Origin: a virus
Reading direction: 5' to 3' (one strand)
Virus record (IMG/VR): IMGVR_UViG_3300032242_000738
Span: 20,220-84,219 of that record
DNA length: 64,000 nt
Position 1 is the stretch's first letter. Every line of letters starts with the position of its first letter. A program made the position numbers and the translations under genes. This document shows, piece by piece, positions 1-10,115 of the stretch. The notes beneath the pieces were generated by a model. The model had not been told where the DNA came from. It was given only the letters and a program-made list of their open reading frames with translations, and searched no databases.

Positions 1-286
1 TAACATACTTAAACATGCTGTGGCCTGGTGTACATTTGACAAAAGAAACATGATATCTCAAGCAAATAGAATATTAAAATTGGATAATTTATTAGCAGGA
101 TTGGATGTGGATATATCCATACATAGTAAAATCTTCAAAAATTCTAAAAATAGTGAGGATCGGTTGATCGTTCTAGCCAAATTAAGTGAAGATAAACTGA
201 AAAAACGACAGATTACACAAGAATTAAACATGTATATTAATGATTCTAAGAGATGGCAAAATAATAGATTTAACACAAAACCTTAA
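1..286 (+). CDS. hypothetical phage protein, 5'-truncated by window edge
   Basis: Frame is open from position 2 (aac ata ctt aaa cat gct gtg...) to TAA at 286; no recognisable motif. Confidence 0.6.
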   Translation, partial: NILKHAVAWCTFDKRNMISQANRILKLDNLLAGLDVDISIHSKIFKNSKNSEDRLIVLAKLSEDKLKKRQITQELNMYINDSKRWQNNRFNTKP

Positions 287-301
287 CAATAATACAAAAA
301 A

Positions 302-309
302 GATAAATA
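302..309 (+). promoter_or_regulatory. T4-late-like promoter GATAAATA
   Basis: (GA)TAAATA recurs just upstream of about 20 genes in the window; resembles the T4 gp55 late promoter TATAAATA. Confidence 0.65.
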
Positions 310-335
310 CTTTATATTAGTCTTGGAATATAACT

Positions 336-1070
336 ATGAAACTAACTGAATTTGACAACAAAAAAATATCAACTGCCGCTAAAGCGTTGAATGAACACTA
401 TTCTCTTCCGTTCAATACAAAGAGAATGACCGTTACGGAAACTAAGTCTATGCTTAGTAAAGTTCGTGGATTGATTAATGAAACTAAATCATCTGCTGAA
501 TTTTATCAAAGCCAGACTAGTCCATCATACATGAAACTAGTGTTTATGGAACAAGCATTAGCTGACCATTTTAGCTACTTACAGTCACTACCTAAAACAC
601 GTATCGTTATTGAGAACGAAGAAGTTGAGAAGTCACAGGTTGTTCTTGCAGCCCAAGACATGGTAGACCAAGTACAGAAGATGGTTGAAGAAGTATCTGA
701 TATGCTAGTAAAAGAATTACCAGCATTGACATCTGGTGTACAAAGCGAGATTGGTGTTAACGAAAGTGAATCTTTCAATCAACAAGTTACTGAAGCATTA
801 ACTTCATTACAAGCCGCATTGACACAAAGTAAGGGAACATTGCAATCTGCATTGAACGGTATTACTGGTCAGGGTGGTGACATGATGGGTGGCAATACAG
901 CAGATGATGCATTTGGTGATGACGGTGATGTATCTGCCGATTTAGATATGGACATGTCTGGTGATCTAGCCGGTGACGGTGAAGATGATTTCAGTGTTGA
1001 TGATGACATTTCTGTTGAAGAACCAGAAGAAGAAGTTCCTGTAGCTGGTGCTGGCCGCGCAAAGAGATAA
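336..1070 (+). CDS. probable prohead core/scaffold-like protein
   Basis: MKLTE leader, helical core, very acidic C-terminal tail, late promoter upstream. Confidence 0.45.
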   Translation: MKLTEFDNKKISTAAKALNEHYSLPFNTKRMTVTETKSMLSKVRGLINETKSSAEFYQSQTSPSYMKLVFMEQALADHFSYLQSLPKTRIVIENEEVEKSQVVLAAQDMVDQVQKMVEEVSDMLVKELPALTSGVQSEIGVNESESFNQQVTEALTSLQAALTQSKGTLQSALNGITGQGGDMMGGNTADDAFGDDGDVSADLDMDMSGDLAGDGEDDFSVDDDISVEEPEEEVPVAGAGRAKR

Positions 1071-1393
1071 TGCGTTTATTTGAACTATCTAATCCAAACC
1101 CACTATTAGTAAGATTAGTTGCTGTAACAAGTCAGTTAACTAGTGATATTGATAGTGGTGTTGAGCATTCGGATTGGACAGTTGATGAATTATTAAACTA
1201 TTACAAAGATAATGATATCATATTAGCCAAAGATGATTTGTATGATATGATTAAAAAACCACCATTGAAGAATAAAATCTCAAACATTCAAGGTGATAAG
1301 GTTATATTTAAAGGGCAAGAAACACCAGTTGAGCCTGAAATAGATGATAGTAAAAAAGTTGTCAAGCAAATGGCACAAAAAGCAATGAAGTAA
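1070..1393 (+). CDS. hypothetical protein, MRLFE leader (possible head protein)
   Basis: 107-aa ORF coupled by TAATG overlap to the upstream gene. Confidence 0.6.
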   Translation: MRLFELSNPNPLLVRLVAVTSQLTSDIDSGVEHSDWTVDELLNYYKDNDIILAKDDLYDMIKKPPLKNKISNIQGDKVIFKGQETPVEPEIDDSKKVVKQMAQKAMK

Positions 1394-1394
1394 G

Positions 1395-1721
1395 ATGATT
1401 ACGATCACCGAAAAAGCTTCCAATAAAATAAAACAAATAATAACAAAACGTGGTAAGGGTCTAGGAATACGAATAGGCGTCAAGACCACAGGTTGTAGTG
1501 GTTTGGCATATGTATTAGAATATGTTGATGAATATAGTTATGATGAATCTACCATAAATTATGCACAAGATACATTTATTGTGTTAGTGGATAAGAAGCA
1601 TGATGTATATTTAAAGAACATGATTGTAGATTATGTGCGTAATGGACTAAATGAAGGTTTTGAGTTCAGCAACCCAAATGAACGTGACCGATGTGGTTGC
1701 GGAGAGAGCTTTAGAGTTTAA
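1395..1721 (+). CDS. iscA: Fe-S cluster assembly A-type carrier IscA/HesB
   Basis: GVKTTGCSGLAY and C-terminal NPNERDRCGCGESF motifs. Confidence 0.95.
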   Translation: MITITEKASNKIKQIITKRGKGLGIRIGVKTTGCSGLAYVLEYVDEYSYDESTINYAQDTFIVLVDKKHDVYLKNMIVDYVRNGLNEGFEFSNPNERDRCGCGESFRV

Positions 1722-1730
1722 CCTAAATAC

Positions 1731-1759
1731 TTGTATTGTGTTATATAATATATTATAAT
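1731..1759 (+). promoter_or_regulatory. sigma70-like promoter TTGTAT-N17-TATAAT
   Basis: -35 at 1731-1736, -10 at 1754-1759; ATG 6 nt downstream. Confidence 0.65.
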
Positions 1760-1765
1760 AGCTAA

Positions 1766-2452
1766 ATGTACATTCCAAACAAATATAACTATGTCCCTAT
1801 GAGCCGTGTAGAAATTGACGGCAAACGCAGATATGCTACACCAGATGGCGAAAAACTCCCTAGTGTTACAACTATTTTAGATGCTACTAAAAGCGAAGAA
1901 TCTAAGAAAGCATTACACGAATGGCGGAAACGTGTCGGTGTTCAGAAAGCACAAGAAATCACTACAGAAGCCGCAGGACGTGGAACACGTATGCACAAGT
2001 GGCTTGAGAACTATATTAAAACAGGAGAAACAGGTGAGCCCGGAAGCAATCCGTATAGCATCCAAAGCCATAAAATGGCACAATCTATCATTAGTCAAGG
2101 TCTTGTCAAATGTAATGAATACTGGGGCACAGAAGTTCCCCTTTACTACCCTAAAGTATATGCCGGAACAACTGACTTGGTTGGCGTACATGATGGTATT
2201 CCTGCTATCATGGATCACAAACAGTCTAACAAACTAAAAAAGCGTGAGTGGATTGAAGATTACTTTGTTCAATTAGCCGCATATGCTAATGCACACAATG
2301 AAGTACATGGTACGAATATCCGTAAAGGTGTTATTTTTATGTGTACAGCAGACAATGTATATCAGGAATTCATTATTGAAGGTAATGAATTTGATAGTTG
2401 GACTGATCGTTGGTTCAAGCGTGTTGAGAAGTATTACGAACAGTTCTTGTAA
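1766..2452 (+). CDS. PD-(D/E)xK exonuclease (Cas4/RecB-like phage exonuclease)
   Basis: LPSVTTIL, RGTRMH, E-x-PL...YAGTTDLVG...IMDHKQS, YFVQLAAYA motifs. Confidence 0.85.
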   Translation: MYIPNKYNYVPMSRVEIDGKRRYATPDGEKLPSVTTILDATKSEESKKALHEWRKRVGVQKAQEITTEAAGRGTRMHKWLENYIKTGETGEPGSNPYSIQSHKMAQSIISQGLVKCNEYWGTEVPLYYPKVYAGTTDLVGVHDGIPAIMDHKQSNKLKKREWIEDYFVQLAAYANAHNEVHGTNIRKGVIFMCTADNVYQEFIIEGNEFDSWTDRWFKRVEKYYEQFL

Positions 2453-2496
2453 GAAATAATGATAAATAAGTATAAATCTATTAAAGAATTATACTT

Positions 2497-4323
2497 ATGG
2501 CCATTATACAGATATCTAAAATCCAACAACGTTCAGGTAACCTTGTAGACCTGCCACAATTAGACCAAGCTCAATTGGGCTGGGCCAATGATGCTAAACG
2601 TCTTTTTATAGGAACTACTAGTCCTAATCCAAATGAAAATGTTGAAGTATTAACAGCATATTCAACTATTACCTTTAGTCAAATTTCAGGTGGTGAGGGT
2701 AATTTAAACATCTCTAATTCTCAGAATGGGCAAATATTAACTTATGTTAGTAGTACCGATACCTGGGAAAACTATACAGGAAATTCTGTCCAACTAGGTG
2801 GACATAAACTTCAGCTTGGTAATGTAGCAAATATATCCATGACCGGTGGTGCCATTGGATATGTATTAGAAACAGACGGATTGGGTAATCTAAGTTGGAC
2901 ATCTAAATCAACAATTACTGCATATATCAGTGCAGTATCAAAAGCTAATCCTGGGGTAGTAACTACCACAGTTCCTAATTTCTTTACAGCCGGTGCATTA
3001 GTAACCATTACCGATGTTGTTGGTATGACTCAGCTTAATGGTAACAGTTATTATGCGAAGATATTAACATCTAATACGTTCTCATTATATTCTGATTCTG
3101 GGTTAACTACGCCGGTTGATACAAGTGGCTATACTACATATACTAGTGGTGGTAGAGTAATTTCTTCAGTAGGAGGATCTGGATCAAGTGCGGCAGCTGG
3201 TAGTAATACCACAGTACAATTTAATGATAACAATGTTCTTCAAGGTAGTGCAGGATTTACCTTTAATAAACTATCAGGAGTTTTAACAGCACCAAATCTT
3301 GCAGGTGATGGCGGTAGATTATCAAATATTGCTGGTGCTAATATTACAGGTTCAATACCTCTTGCTACATATGCAACAACTGCAAATAGTGTAGCTGGTG
3401 CTAATGTTTCAGGTGCAGTAGCATACGCAACAACAGCTAATAATGTAGCCGGTGCTAATGTGTCAGGTCAAGTCAGTTATGCGGCTGTAGCCAATAGTGT
3501 AGCAGGAGCCAATGTTTCAGGTACAGTAGGTCTTGCTACATATGCAACAACTGCAAATAGTGTTGCTGGCGCTAATATAAGCGGCGCTGTAGGTCTTGCT
3601 ACATATGCGACAACAGCTAATAGTGTAGCCGGTGCTAATGTTTCTGGTGCAGTCAGTTATGCAACAACAGCTAATAGTGTAGCAGGTGCTAATGTTTCTG
3701 GTGCAGTTAGTTATGCAACAACCGCTAATAGTGTAGCAGGTGCGAATGTAAGTGGTACTGTAAGTAGTGCAACTACAGCAGGTACTGTAACAACCGCGGC
3801 ACAGCCAAATATCACAAGTGTTGGTACATTAACTTCATTAAATGTAAGTGGTCAAATAACGAATAATAATATTACAACGGGTGCTAGTTCAACACCGGGC
3901 AATCTTACTGGTGCTTGGACATTAAGTAGCGGTTCAACACTACAAGCCACATATGCTGACTTAGCAGAATATTATGAATCTGATAATATCTATGAACCAG
4001 GTACTGTATTAGCATTTGGTGGTGATAAAGAAGTTACCATAGCAGAAGATGCCACTACAAAAGTTGCAGGTATTGTTTCTACCAATCCAGCATATGTAAT
4101 GAATAGTGCATGTGAAGGTGAACATATTGTAGCATTAGCATTACAAGGTCGTGTTCCGTGTAAAGTACGTGGAAATATTAAAAAGGGTGATATGTTAATA
4201 AGTGCAGGATATGGCTTTGCTCGTCCAGCATCATTCCCTGTATTGGGTACAGTCATCGGTAAATCATTAGAAAACTTTGATGGTGTAGAAGGTATCATTG
4301 AAGTAGCAGTCGGCAGACTTTAA
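2497..4323 (+). CDS. tail fibre/baseplate-associated structural protein with repeats and conserved C-terminal chaperone/autoprocessing-like domain
   Basis: YATTANSVAGANVSG repeats; AVSKANPGVVT...GMTQLNG segment; C-terminal ADLAEYY...GRVPCKV...KGD...VIGK...IIEVAVGR shared with 27273..35192. Confidence 0.7.
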   Translation: MAIIQISKIQQRSGNLVDLPQLDQAQLGWANDAKRLFIGTTSPNPNENVEVLTAYSTITFSQISGGEGNLNISNSQNGQILTYVSSTDTWENYTGNSVQLGGHKLQLGNVANISMTGGAIGYVLETDGLGNLSWTSKSTITAYISAVSKANPGVVTTTVPNFFTAGALVTITDVVGMTQLNGNSYYAKILTSNTFSLYSDSGLTTPVDTSGYTTYTSGGRVISSVGGSGSSAAAGSNTTVQFNDNNVLQGSAGFTFNKLSGVLTAPNLAGDGGRLSNIAGANITGSIPLATYATTANSVAGANVSGAVAYATTANNVAGANVSGQVSYAAVANSVAGANVSGTVGLATYATTANSVAGANISGAVGLATYATTANSVAGANVSGAVSYATTANSVAGANVSGAVSYATTANSVAGANVSGTVSSATTAGTVTTAAQPNITSVGTLTSLNVSGQITNNNITTGASSTPGNLTGAWTLSSGSTLQATYADLAEYYESDNIYEPGTVLAFGGDKEVTIAEDATTKVAGIVSTNPAYVMNSACEGEHIVALALQGRVPCKVRGNIKKGDMLISAGYGFARPASFPVLGTVIGKSLENFDGVEGIIEVAVGRL

Positions 4324-4340
4324 AATAATAGGAAAATAAA

Positions 4341-4628
4341 ATGGCATCAACAATTTACACAGCAAACGGCACCAGTCAACGTACATCAGCTAGTACTACA
4401 GACAAAGTTCGTATTGCTACTACAACATCAGCAATTGCAATATCTTCAGGCAATTCAAGTGTTACTACTGATTTAACAAACGGTACAATTATACCAGCAA
4501 ATACAGTAAACAACAACTTTTTAGTTGGTCAAGGTAATTACATTGCTTATATTAATGTAGCCGGAACAGCAGGTGCATTCAGTATTAGCACATTGGGGGC
4601 AAATCACGCTAATACAGGTACTCAATAA
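4341..4628 (+). CDS. small Thr/Ala/Ser-rich virion protein
   Basis: SD AGGA upstream; beta-strand-like composition; structural-gene context. Confidence 0.55.
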   Translation: MASTIYTANGTSQRTSASTTDKVRIATTTSAIAISSGNSSVTTDLTNGTIIPANTVNNNFLVGQGNYIAYINVAGTAGAFSISTLGANHANTGTQ

Positions 4629-4639
4629 TAGAGTTTTAA

Positions 4640-4711
4640 GATAAATATATAATACACTTGCATTCGGCAAGTTTATGCAGTAACCCACTGCGTAGCGTCT
4701 AGAACACGCTA
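4640..4711 (+). promoter_or_regulatory. late promoter followed by a three-hairpin 5' leader
   Basis: GATAAATA 4640-4647; stems ACTTGC/GCAAGT, TATGCAGT/ACTGCGTA and TAGCGT/ACGCTA. Confidence 0.55.
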
Positions 4712-4731
4712 ATTTTATAAAGGAAAATCAA

Positions 4732-6126
4732 ATGGGACGTCCTCTAAAAATCGCAAAGGCTCAAGCAGTCTTAACAATTACTGATACAGCACAAACAGGC
4801 AGTATCGTTACAATATCAGGTGGTAATCTAACAACTAACCCAACTGTTGGTGTAGCAGAAGGTATGAAATTTGTAGTTGCAACTACAGTTGGTGGTTTAG
4901 TTGCTGGCACAACATATTATGTTAATGTAGTATTATCAAATACTACATTTAGTGTTTCAGCTACACAAAAAAGTGTACAACCGCAAGTTATGGCACCGAT
5001 GACAGATACCACTGGTCAATCTGTTAGTGCAACATTTAATGGTGTTGATTCATATTTTAACAATCCAGTATCTGGTACAGGTTATCCAGCAACAAATACA
5101 GCAACATACGGTGTAGTTGGTGGAAATACTGCTATCTACGGTAAGCAAGTATTATGTAATGTAGCATTTGGTGTTCAGGGTACAGGTACTGTATTCGCAA
5201 GCACAAGTAGCAACAATGTAGTTGGTCTTGGTACTGACTTTGCTAACGTAGCTACAGGTTCAATATTATTTGCTCAATGGGGTAATGACCCAAATGTAGC
5301 AATGTTATTAGGTACTACAACTAGTACTAAGGGTAATTTGAGTGTAGTTGTTGCTAACACAACAGTATCAGGTAGTATCATTGGTACTTCTGGAAATGCA
5401 CAAACATTGACAGTAAATACTCCAGTAGTGTTTGATTCTACATTTGGTAGTTTGACAGCAGGTACAACATACTTTGTTAAGACTATTGCTAATGCAGCCG
5501 CATTTACTGTTTCTACTACACCTGGTGGTGCAGTAAAAACATTGACAGCAAATGCTAGTGTTACTGGTAACGCAATTCAGAACCGTGTTGTATTAGGTGC
5601 TGTATCAGCAAATAACGCAACTGGTGCTACTAGTTATGGTGATCCATTCGTTCAAGCATTACCAGAAGCAGGTTATATTGTTCGTCAAAAAGGCAAAACA
5701 AAGTATTTGGTAACAGGTACAGTTACAGGTTTGACAGGTGCAGTATATACAGCTAATGTTGCTAACACAGCATTAACACCAAACACAATGAGTATTATTG
5801 CTACTAATGCAGCCTCTGGTACACAATATGTTTCAAGTGTAAATGACTATCAAACAGAATTGTTCCCAACAACAGTTGCCCCAGGAGCATTAAGTGTAGG
5901 TACATTGTATACAATTTATCAATCAGGAACAACAGATTGGACAGCATGTGGTGCAGCAAGTAACTTAACAGGTGTTACATTTACTGCTACTGCTACAGGT
6001 AGTGGTACAGGTCTTGCAGTATTGAATACAGTTAATCCTGATGTGATTTCTTCATTCAATGCGGCTGCCGCAGCTAATGCTAACCCAGGTCAGCCTAACC
6101 CAATCGTAACTATTGCTAATGCTTAA
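4732..6126 (+). CDS. virion structural protein (Thr/Gly/Ala-rich)
   Basis: MGRPLK N-terminus; two copies of a GxLxAGTTY(Y/F)V...F(S/T)VS module; strong SD AAGGA. Confidence 0.6.
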   Translation: MGRPLKIAKAQAVLTITDTAQTGSIVTISGGNLTTNPTVGVAEGMKFVVATTVGGLVAGTTYYVNVVLSNTTFSVSATQKSVQPQVMAPMTDTTGQSVSATFNGVDSYFNNPVSGTGYPATNTATYGVVGGNTAIYGKQVLCNVAFGVQGTGTVFASTSSNNVVGLGTDFANVATGSILFAQWGNDPNVAMLLGTTTSTKGNLSVVVANTTVSGSIIGTSGNAQTLTVNTPVVFDSTFGSLTAGTTYFVKTIANAAAFTVSTTPGGAVKTLTANASVTGNAIQNRVVLGAVSANNATGATSYGDPFVQALPEAGYIVRQKGKTKYLVTGTVTGLTGAVYTANVANTALTPNTMSIIATNAASGTQYVSSVNDYQTELFPTTVAPGALSVGTLYTIYQSGTTDWTACGAASNLTGVTFTATATGSGTGLAVLNTVNPDVISSFNAAAAANANPGQPNPIVTIANA

Positions 6127-6128
6127 TC

Positions 6129-6440
6129 ATGTCACGAACTATTAATATGCCAGCACAGACTACAAAAACTGATATCGCTGTACTTCAAGTTCAAGTTAAA
6201 AACATTGAACAAGATGTCAGCGAGATCAAAAGTAGTCTTAAAGAGATGCATGAATGTCTTGACCGTAACGCACATGAAACAAGAGAAATGTTGAAAGAAA
6301 TGCGTGAGGAAGATATTAAGGCACACAAAGAACTAGGATCAAAAGTCTCTGCATTAGAAAAGTGGAGATGGATGATGATGGGTGCAGGCGTAGTAATAGG
6401 GTCATTAGGTTTTGATACATTAGCAAAACTACTGAAATAA
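6129..6440 (+). CDS. coiled-coil protein with C-terminal hydrophobic segment (possible lysis/membrane protein)
   Basis: Heptad-like helix followed by LEKWRWMMMGAGVVIGSLGF. Confidence 0.55.
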   Translation: MSRTINMPAQTTKTDIAVLQVQVKNIEQDVSEIKSSLKEMHECLDRNAHETREMLKEMREEDIKAHKELGSKVSALEKWRWMMMGAGVVIGSLGFDTLAKLLK

Positions 6441-6465
6441 AAAAACGGTCTTAGGACCGTTTTTT
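6440..6465. terminator. bidirectional intrinsic terminator
   Basis: AAAAAACGGTC-TTAG-GACCGTTTTTT between convergent genes. Confidence 0.8.
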
Positions 6466-6867
6466 CGTAAGTGCTTTTAATTTCTTCTGTACAACATCAA
6501 AGTTTACTGTACTAAATAACCCAGGATGTAATGGTTTAGGATATTGATTGTCCCCTACCCAAGCATACCCGCAATGTTCATAGTTTAATAACGGGATAAA
6601 TTCTTCATCTATTGCACAAAAGAATGTATGATATGTAAATGTGTTATTGACAAATTTTTGTATTGGAACTAGTTTTGGATTTTTAGGAAAGTATCCAATT
6701 TCTTCATTACATTCTCTAGCGATACCAACTAATAATGTCTCGCCGTTTTCTATTTTACCACCTGGTATACCCCAGTTACCCGGATTTTTATTGTCCGTTC
6801 TAAGTAGGTATAAGAATCGTTGTGTTTTTTTAGCGTAAAAGAATACGCCTGCGGATATATTTGACAT
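6451..6867 (-). CDS. Nudix hydrolase
   Basis: Nudix box GGKIENGETLLVGIARECNEEIG. Confidence 0.9.
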   Translation of the reverse strand: MSNISAGVFFYAKKTQRFLYLLRTDNKNPGNWGIPGGKIENGETLLVGIARECNEEIGYFPKNPKLVPIQKFVNNTFTYHTFFCAIDEEFIPLLNYEHCGYAWVGDNQYPKPLHPGLFSTVNFDVVQKKLKALTKKRS

Positions 6868-6895
6868 ATGCTAATATATTATAGCATAAAGTAAA

Positions 6896-8272
6896 TCAGA
6901 TTACAATACTATAATCGCCCTGGCCATACCAGCCTTCCCAACTTTTCATCCAAGCTCCTTCGGTATTAACGTAACGATATTGTACGGTTGTTGTTAAATT
7001 GGTAACATATTCTACTGTAGTGGCTGTTGCGCTATCAAATGACACAAACCATTCACCAGTACCACTATCATATTCAATAATGTCATTAGCATATGCTATA
7101 ACATTTCCCCATGCTATGGTTGAATCACCTGTACTACCGATATGATCTACTATAAGATATCTCATACCATTTTCGGCTGGAGGTAACCCTGCATTTGGTC
7201 CTGTGACTAATGGGTTAATCACGCTGTCTACAGGAGCCAATGTATTTTGAGGCAGGGTATCTGGGTCAATATCATATATCAATAATCTATCATCAACTGG
7301 GTCAGGTACAATCGTACCCACAATCTCTGTATTCATATATGGATTTTGTAACCATATCTGACTAATACCCGGTCTTAATGTACCATATACATTTAATAAA
7401 CTACTCCAATATAAACTTGTATTAGGGTTAGGAGGTAATTCTAAATCTTCATTGTTTGGATAGAAATCCTGATCAGCTGGTAATAATTGTAAACTATTAC
7501 CTATTAGTAATAACTTATATCCATATGGTGTAATCTTTTGTCTAGTACCTAATAACAAATCATCATTCTGTATATCATCAAGTGCCTTACCAGAAAATAT
7601 ACTTGCAATAATCTTTTCAATAACACCCATCTTTTTAAGTTTAGCCGCATTGCTAATCCATATAGGCATATAGAATTTCCAACTCATTACATCAATTGGA
7701 TTTTGTGTACCTTGTGGTATACTACGACTACTAAATGTTAATCCATCTTGATATACAACGCTTAAACTTGTCCAATCAATAAAGTTATCAGTACTTTGTA
7801 TTTCTAAAGATGGATTGAATAATGTACCTAGTTGTTCTATCAATTGTAATTTTTGATTATAATTAGTTGTCCAAAAATCTACACTAATACGTAATGTATA
7901 GGGCACTGGCATTAATCGTTCTACTGTAAATGCTTGTCCTTGTACTGATTCATAACTTTGTGTTTCACTATTATATGTACGTTGACGAACTTGAATCTTA
8001 TCAATAAATGTAGGATCTTGTGTACGTCTTTGATCGTATTCTAAACCAGTAATGTAATAGGTAATTAGTGGGGCACTAGGTGTATTGCTAGCACTGTTAT
8101 TAGCAATAATTGTAGCAGCCTGTCTACTACTATCGCCATACATAACTGGTACACGTACAAGTATTTCATTACCGTTAGGATCTTTACCTTTAGTAACATA
8201 CCAATTACTAAAGATTTTTCCAAATTGAATTAGAAATCTGCGTACCTGATTATCATAGAAAAATTGTGCCAT
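6896..8272 (-). CDS. tail sheath stabiliser/tail terminator, T4 gp15-like
   Basis: FFYDNQVRRF...FGKIFSN...VPVMYG and MPVPYTL...QLIEQ...FNPS motifs. Confidence 0.75.
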   Translation of the reverse strand: MAQFFYDNQVRRFLIQFGKIFSNWYVTKGKDPNGNEILVRVPVMYGDSSRQAATIIANNSASNTPSAPLITYYITGLEYDQRRTQDPTFIDKIQVRQRTYNSETQSYESVQGQAFTVERLMPVPYTLRISVDFWTTNYNQKLQLIEQLGTLFNPSLEIQSTDNFIDWTSLSVVYQDGLTFSSRSIPQGTQNPIDVMSWKFYMPIWISNAAKLKKMGVIEKIIASIFSGKALDDIQNDDLLLGTRQKITPYGYKLLLIGNSLQLLPADQDFYPNNEDLELPPNPNTSLYWSSLLNVYGTLRPGISQIWLQNPYMNTEIVGTIVPDPVDDRLLIYDIDPDTLPQNTLAPVDSVINPLVTGPNAGLPPAENGMRYLIVDHIGSTGDSTIAWGNVIAYANDIIEYDSGTGEWFVSFDSATATTVEYVTNLTTTVQYRYVNTEGAWMKSWEGWYGQGDYSIVI

Positions 8273-9991
8273 TTAAATTACCGGTGGTATTGAATTTGGT
8301 GATAATGTTAAGATAGTTGACAGACCTTGTTTCTGAGGTATAGTTGTTCCATCTGTAGTTATTGTCACATTGCTGTTATTTATGAAGCTAGATTGTTGTG
8401 ACAAATCTCCTTCAGTGAATCCTGTTTGTGTTCTTACATTCTTAGATATACGAACCCATATTCTACCGTCCCAGCGATAGAGAATTTGTGGTAGATAATC
8501 TGTACGTAAGAAATATGCACCTACTTGTGGGTTTTGCGGGAAACTTATTCCTGCACCAGTTGGGAATCCATTTGGCGCTTCGCCTGTACCATCTAAGTAT
8601 CCTGTGGTATATCCAAAGCTTCTTGGGCTACTACGTGCAATGAATTGGAATCTTGGATCACAATCAGCACGATAGTCCATAGTATCTGGACCATATGGTT
8701 GTGTACCTGTAAAGCCCGGAGCTACTGGATTTTGATCTGCAGTGGCATATGTATTATCTGCTGTACCATATGGACCAGTGACCGGACCTGTCGGCAATGC
8801 CGTTAATACTATTTCTCCTTGTACAGGACCAGATCCATTACCTATAAGTGTTGGTGCAATTGTTGTTGTTTCTAAGTTTACTTGCCTACTATTTTGTAAT
8901 GGCTCAATAAACATATCTATTGTCATGTCCCAAATACTTTGTACAGTTGATTTTGGAATACGTAATACTGGACTTGGGTTTTTATATTTAGGGTTATGAA
9001 CCATTGCAACAGAGGCTCTGGCTACAACCGGTGCACCATTATTATTGGCTATAACATTTACTGGTGGTGCAGGTTGATTATATTTACCTGATAGTTCAGT
9101 ATTAGTTTCAAATGTACCATAAGTAGGAACAATATATAATTTACTCTTATCATAACCTGATTTAGGTACTAATCTATTAGCTTCTTCAATAATAGAATTA
9201 TTGATTTGTAGATTTTTATTATATGTAGCAAGAATATCTTTAAGATTTTGATTAGGATCAAGTTCCCAGAAAGTATCATTAGGTGGTATAATACCAATTG
9301 GTACATCCTGTTTAGCTAGATAATTCTTATCACCATATGTAATAACATAACCAGCTGGATATGTTTTATTAGCTTCCCATAATCCAAGATAATTATCTGT
9401 GTTAATTGGTTGTTCTAATATCTGACTAAATTCTTGGCTATCAACTAATGGTTCACATTTAATACGCCATAAATGCGGATACCAAGTTGGGCTAAATCCT
9501 TCACTTGCAAAATTACCATCAGTAATTTGATAAAATCTTTTTAATGCAACTGGTATAGTTTCTTTTAATGGATTATAATCTAGTAGATGAGGTAATTCTA
9601 ATACATCACCTACCATTAACTTACGACCAACTAAATCAATCATATCATTATAATGAACGGTAATAAAGATAATGTCATTGTTTAAGAATAATCCAAATTG
9701 ACTTAAATCAAAATCTAAATTCTGTACATTATAATGTCCACGTAATCTATAAATACTGGTATCATATGTTCTATCTCTATTTTCTAAAAACAATAAATCT
9801 TGTATATTAGTAGGATCTAACGCATCATATTGTGGTTGAGTATAATCAATACTAGGACCTTGATTAGTTGGTCCTAAATATTTGTGTATATATAAATCAG
9901 TTGCGCCAACAGTAAACATCTCTGATATTGTTCTATCAAAGAAACGATAATCATTTGATTTCGTGGGGTGATATAATGAGAGTCTAGGCAT
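8273..9991 (-). CDS. neck/head-closure protein, T4 gp14-like, with C-terminal extension
   Basis: DLLFLENRDR...LSQFGLF...GDVLELP...W..KCEP; adjacent to the gp15-like gene. Confidence 0.65.
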   Translation of the reverse strand: MPRLSLYHPTKSNDYRFFDRTISEMFTVGATDLYIHKYLGPTNQGPSIDYTQPQYDALDPTNIQDLLFLENRDRTYDTSIYRLRGHYNVQNLDFDLSQFGLFLNNDIIFITVHYNDMIDLVGRKLMVGDVLELPHLLDYNPLKETIPVALKRFYQITDGNFASEGFSPTWYPHLWRIKCEPLVDSQEFSQILEQPINTDNYLGLWEANKTYPAGYVITYGDKNYLAKQDVPIGIIPPNDTFWELDPNQNLKDILATYNKNLQINNSIIEEANRLVPKSGYDKSKLYIVPTYGTFETNTELSGKYNQPAPPVNVIANNNGAPVVARASVAMVHNPKYKNPSPVLRIPKSTVQSIWDMTIDMFIEPLQNSRQVNLETTTIAPTLIGNGSGPVQGEIVLTALPTGPVTGPYGTADNTYATADQNPVAPGFTGTQPYGPDTMDYRADCDPRFQFIARSSPRSFGYTTGYLDGTGEAPNGFPTGAGISFPQNPQVGAYFLRTDYLPQILYRWDGRIWVRISKNVRTQTGFTEGDLSQQSSFINNSNVTITTDGTTIPQKQGLSTILTLSPNSIPPVI

Positions 9992-9997
9992 ATCTAT

Positions 9998-10005
9998 TAT
10001 TTATC
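9998..10005 (-). promoter_or_regulatory. late promoter GATAAATA for the minus-strand neck operon
   Basis: TATTTATC on + strand, 6 nt from the start codon at 9991. Confidence 0.65.
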
Positions 10006-10054
10006 GTTTATCCATTGCCCGTCAAATACATGTAAATTTGGGTCAATAGAAAAG

Positions 10055-10083
10055 TTGACAATAAACTAAACATATGCTATAAT
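10055..10083 (+). promoter_or_regulatory. consensus sigma70 promoter TTGACA-N17-TATAAT
   Basis: Perfect -35/-10 with 17-bp spacer; SD AGGAG downstream. Confidence 0.9.
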
Positions 10084-10115
10084 ACACAAATGAAGTACAA
10101 TTCTAGGAGAAACTA

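Noticed and set aside
1766-2452. Cas4-like nuclease as evidence of CRISPR-Cas
   Set aside because: Stand-alone PD-(D/E)xK exonuclease common in T4-like phages; no array or other cas genes
3360-3760. Regular 51-bp repeats, here and at about 33010-33720, resembling a CRISPR array
   Set aside because: In-frame coding repeats with synonymous variation and no unique spacers; no cas operon
4650-4720. tRNA in the structured intergenic region
   Set aside because: No acceptor stem enclosing the hairpins, no correctly placed T-loop, no CCA end
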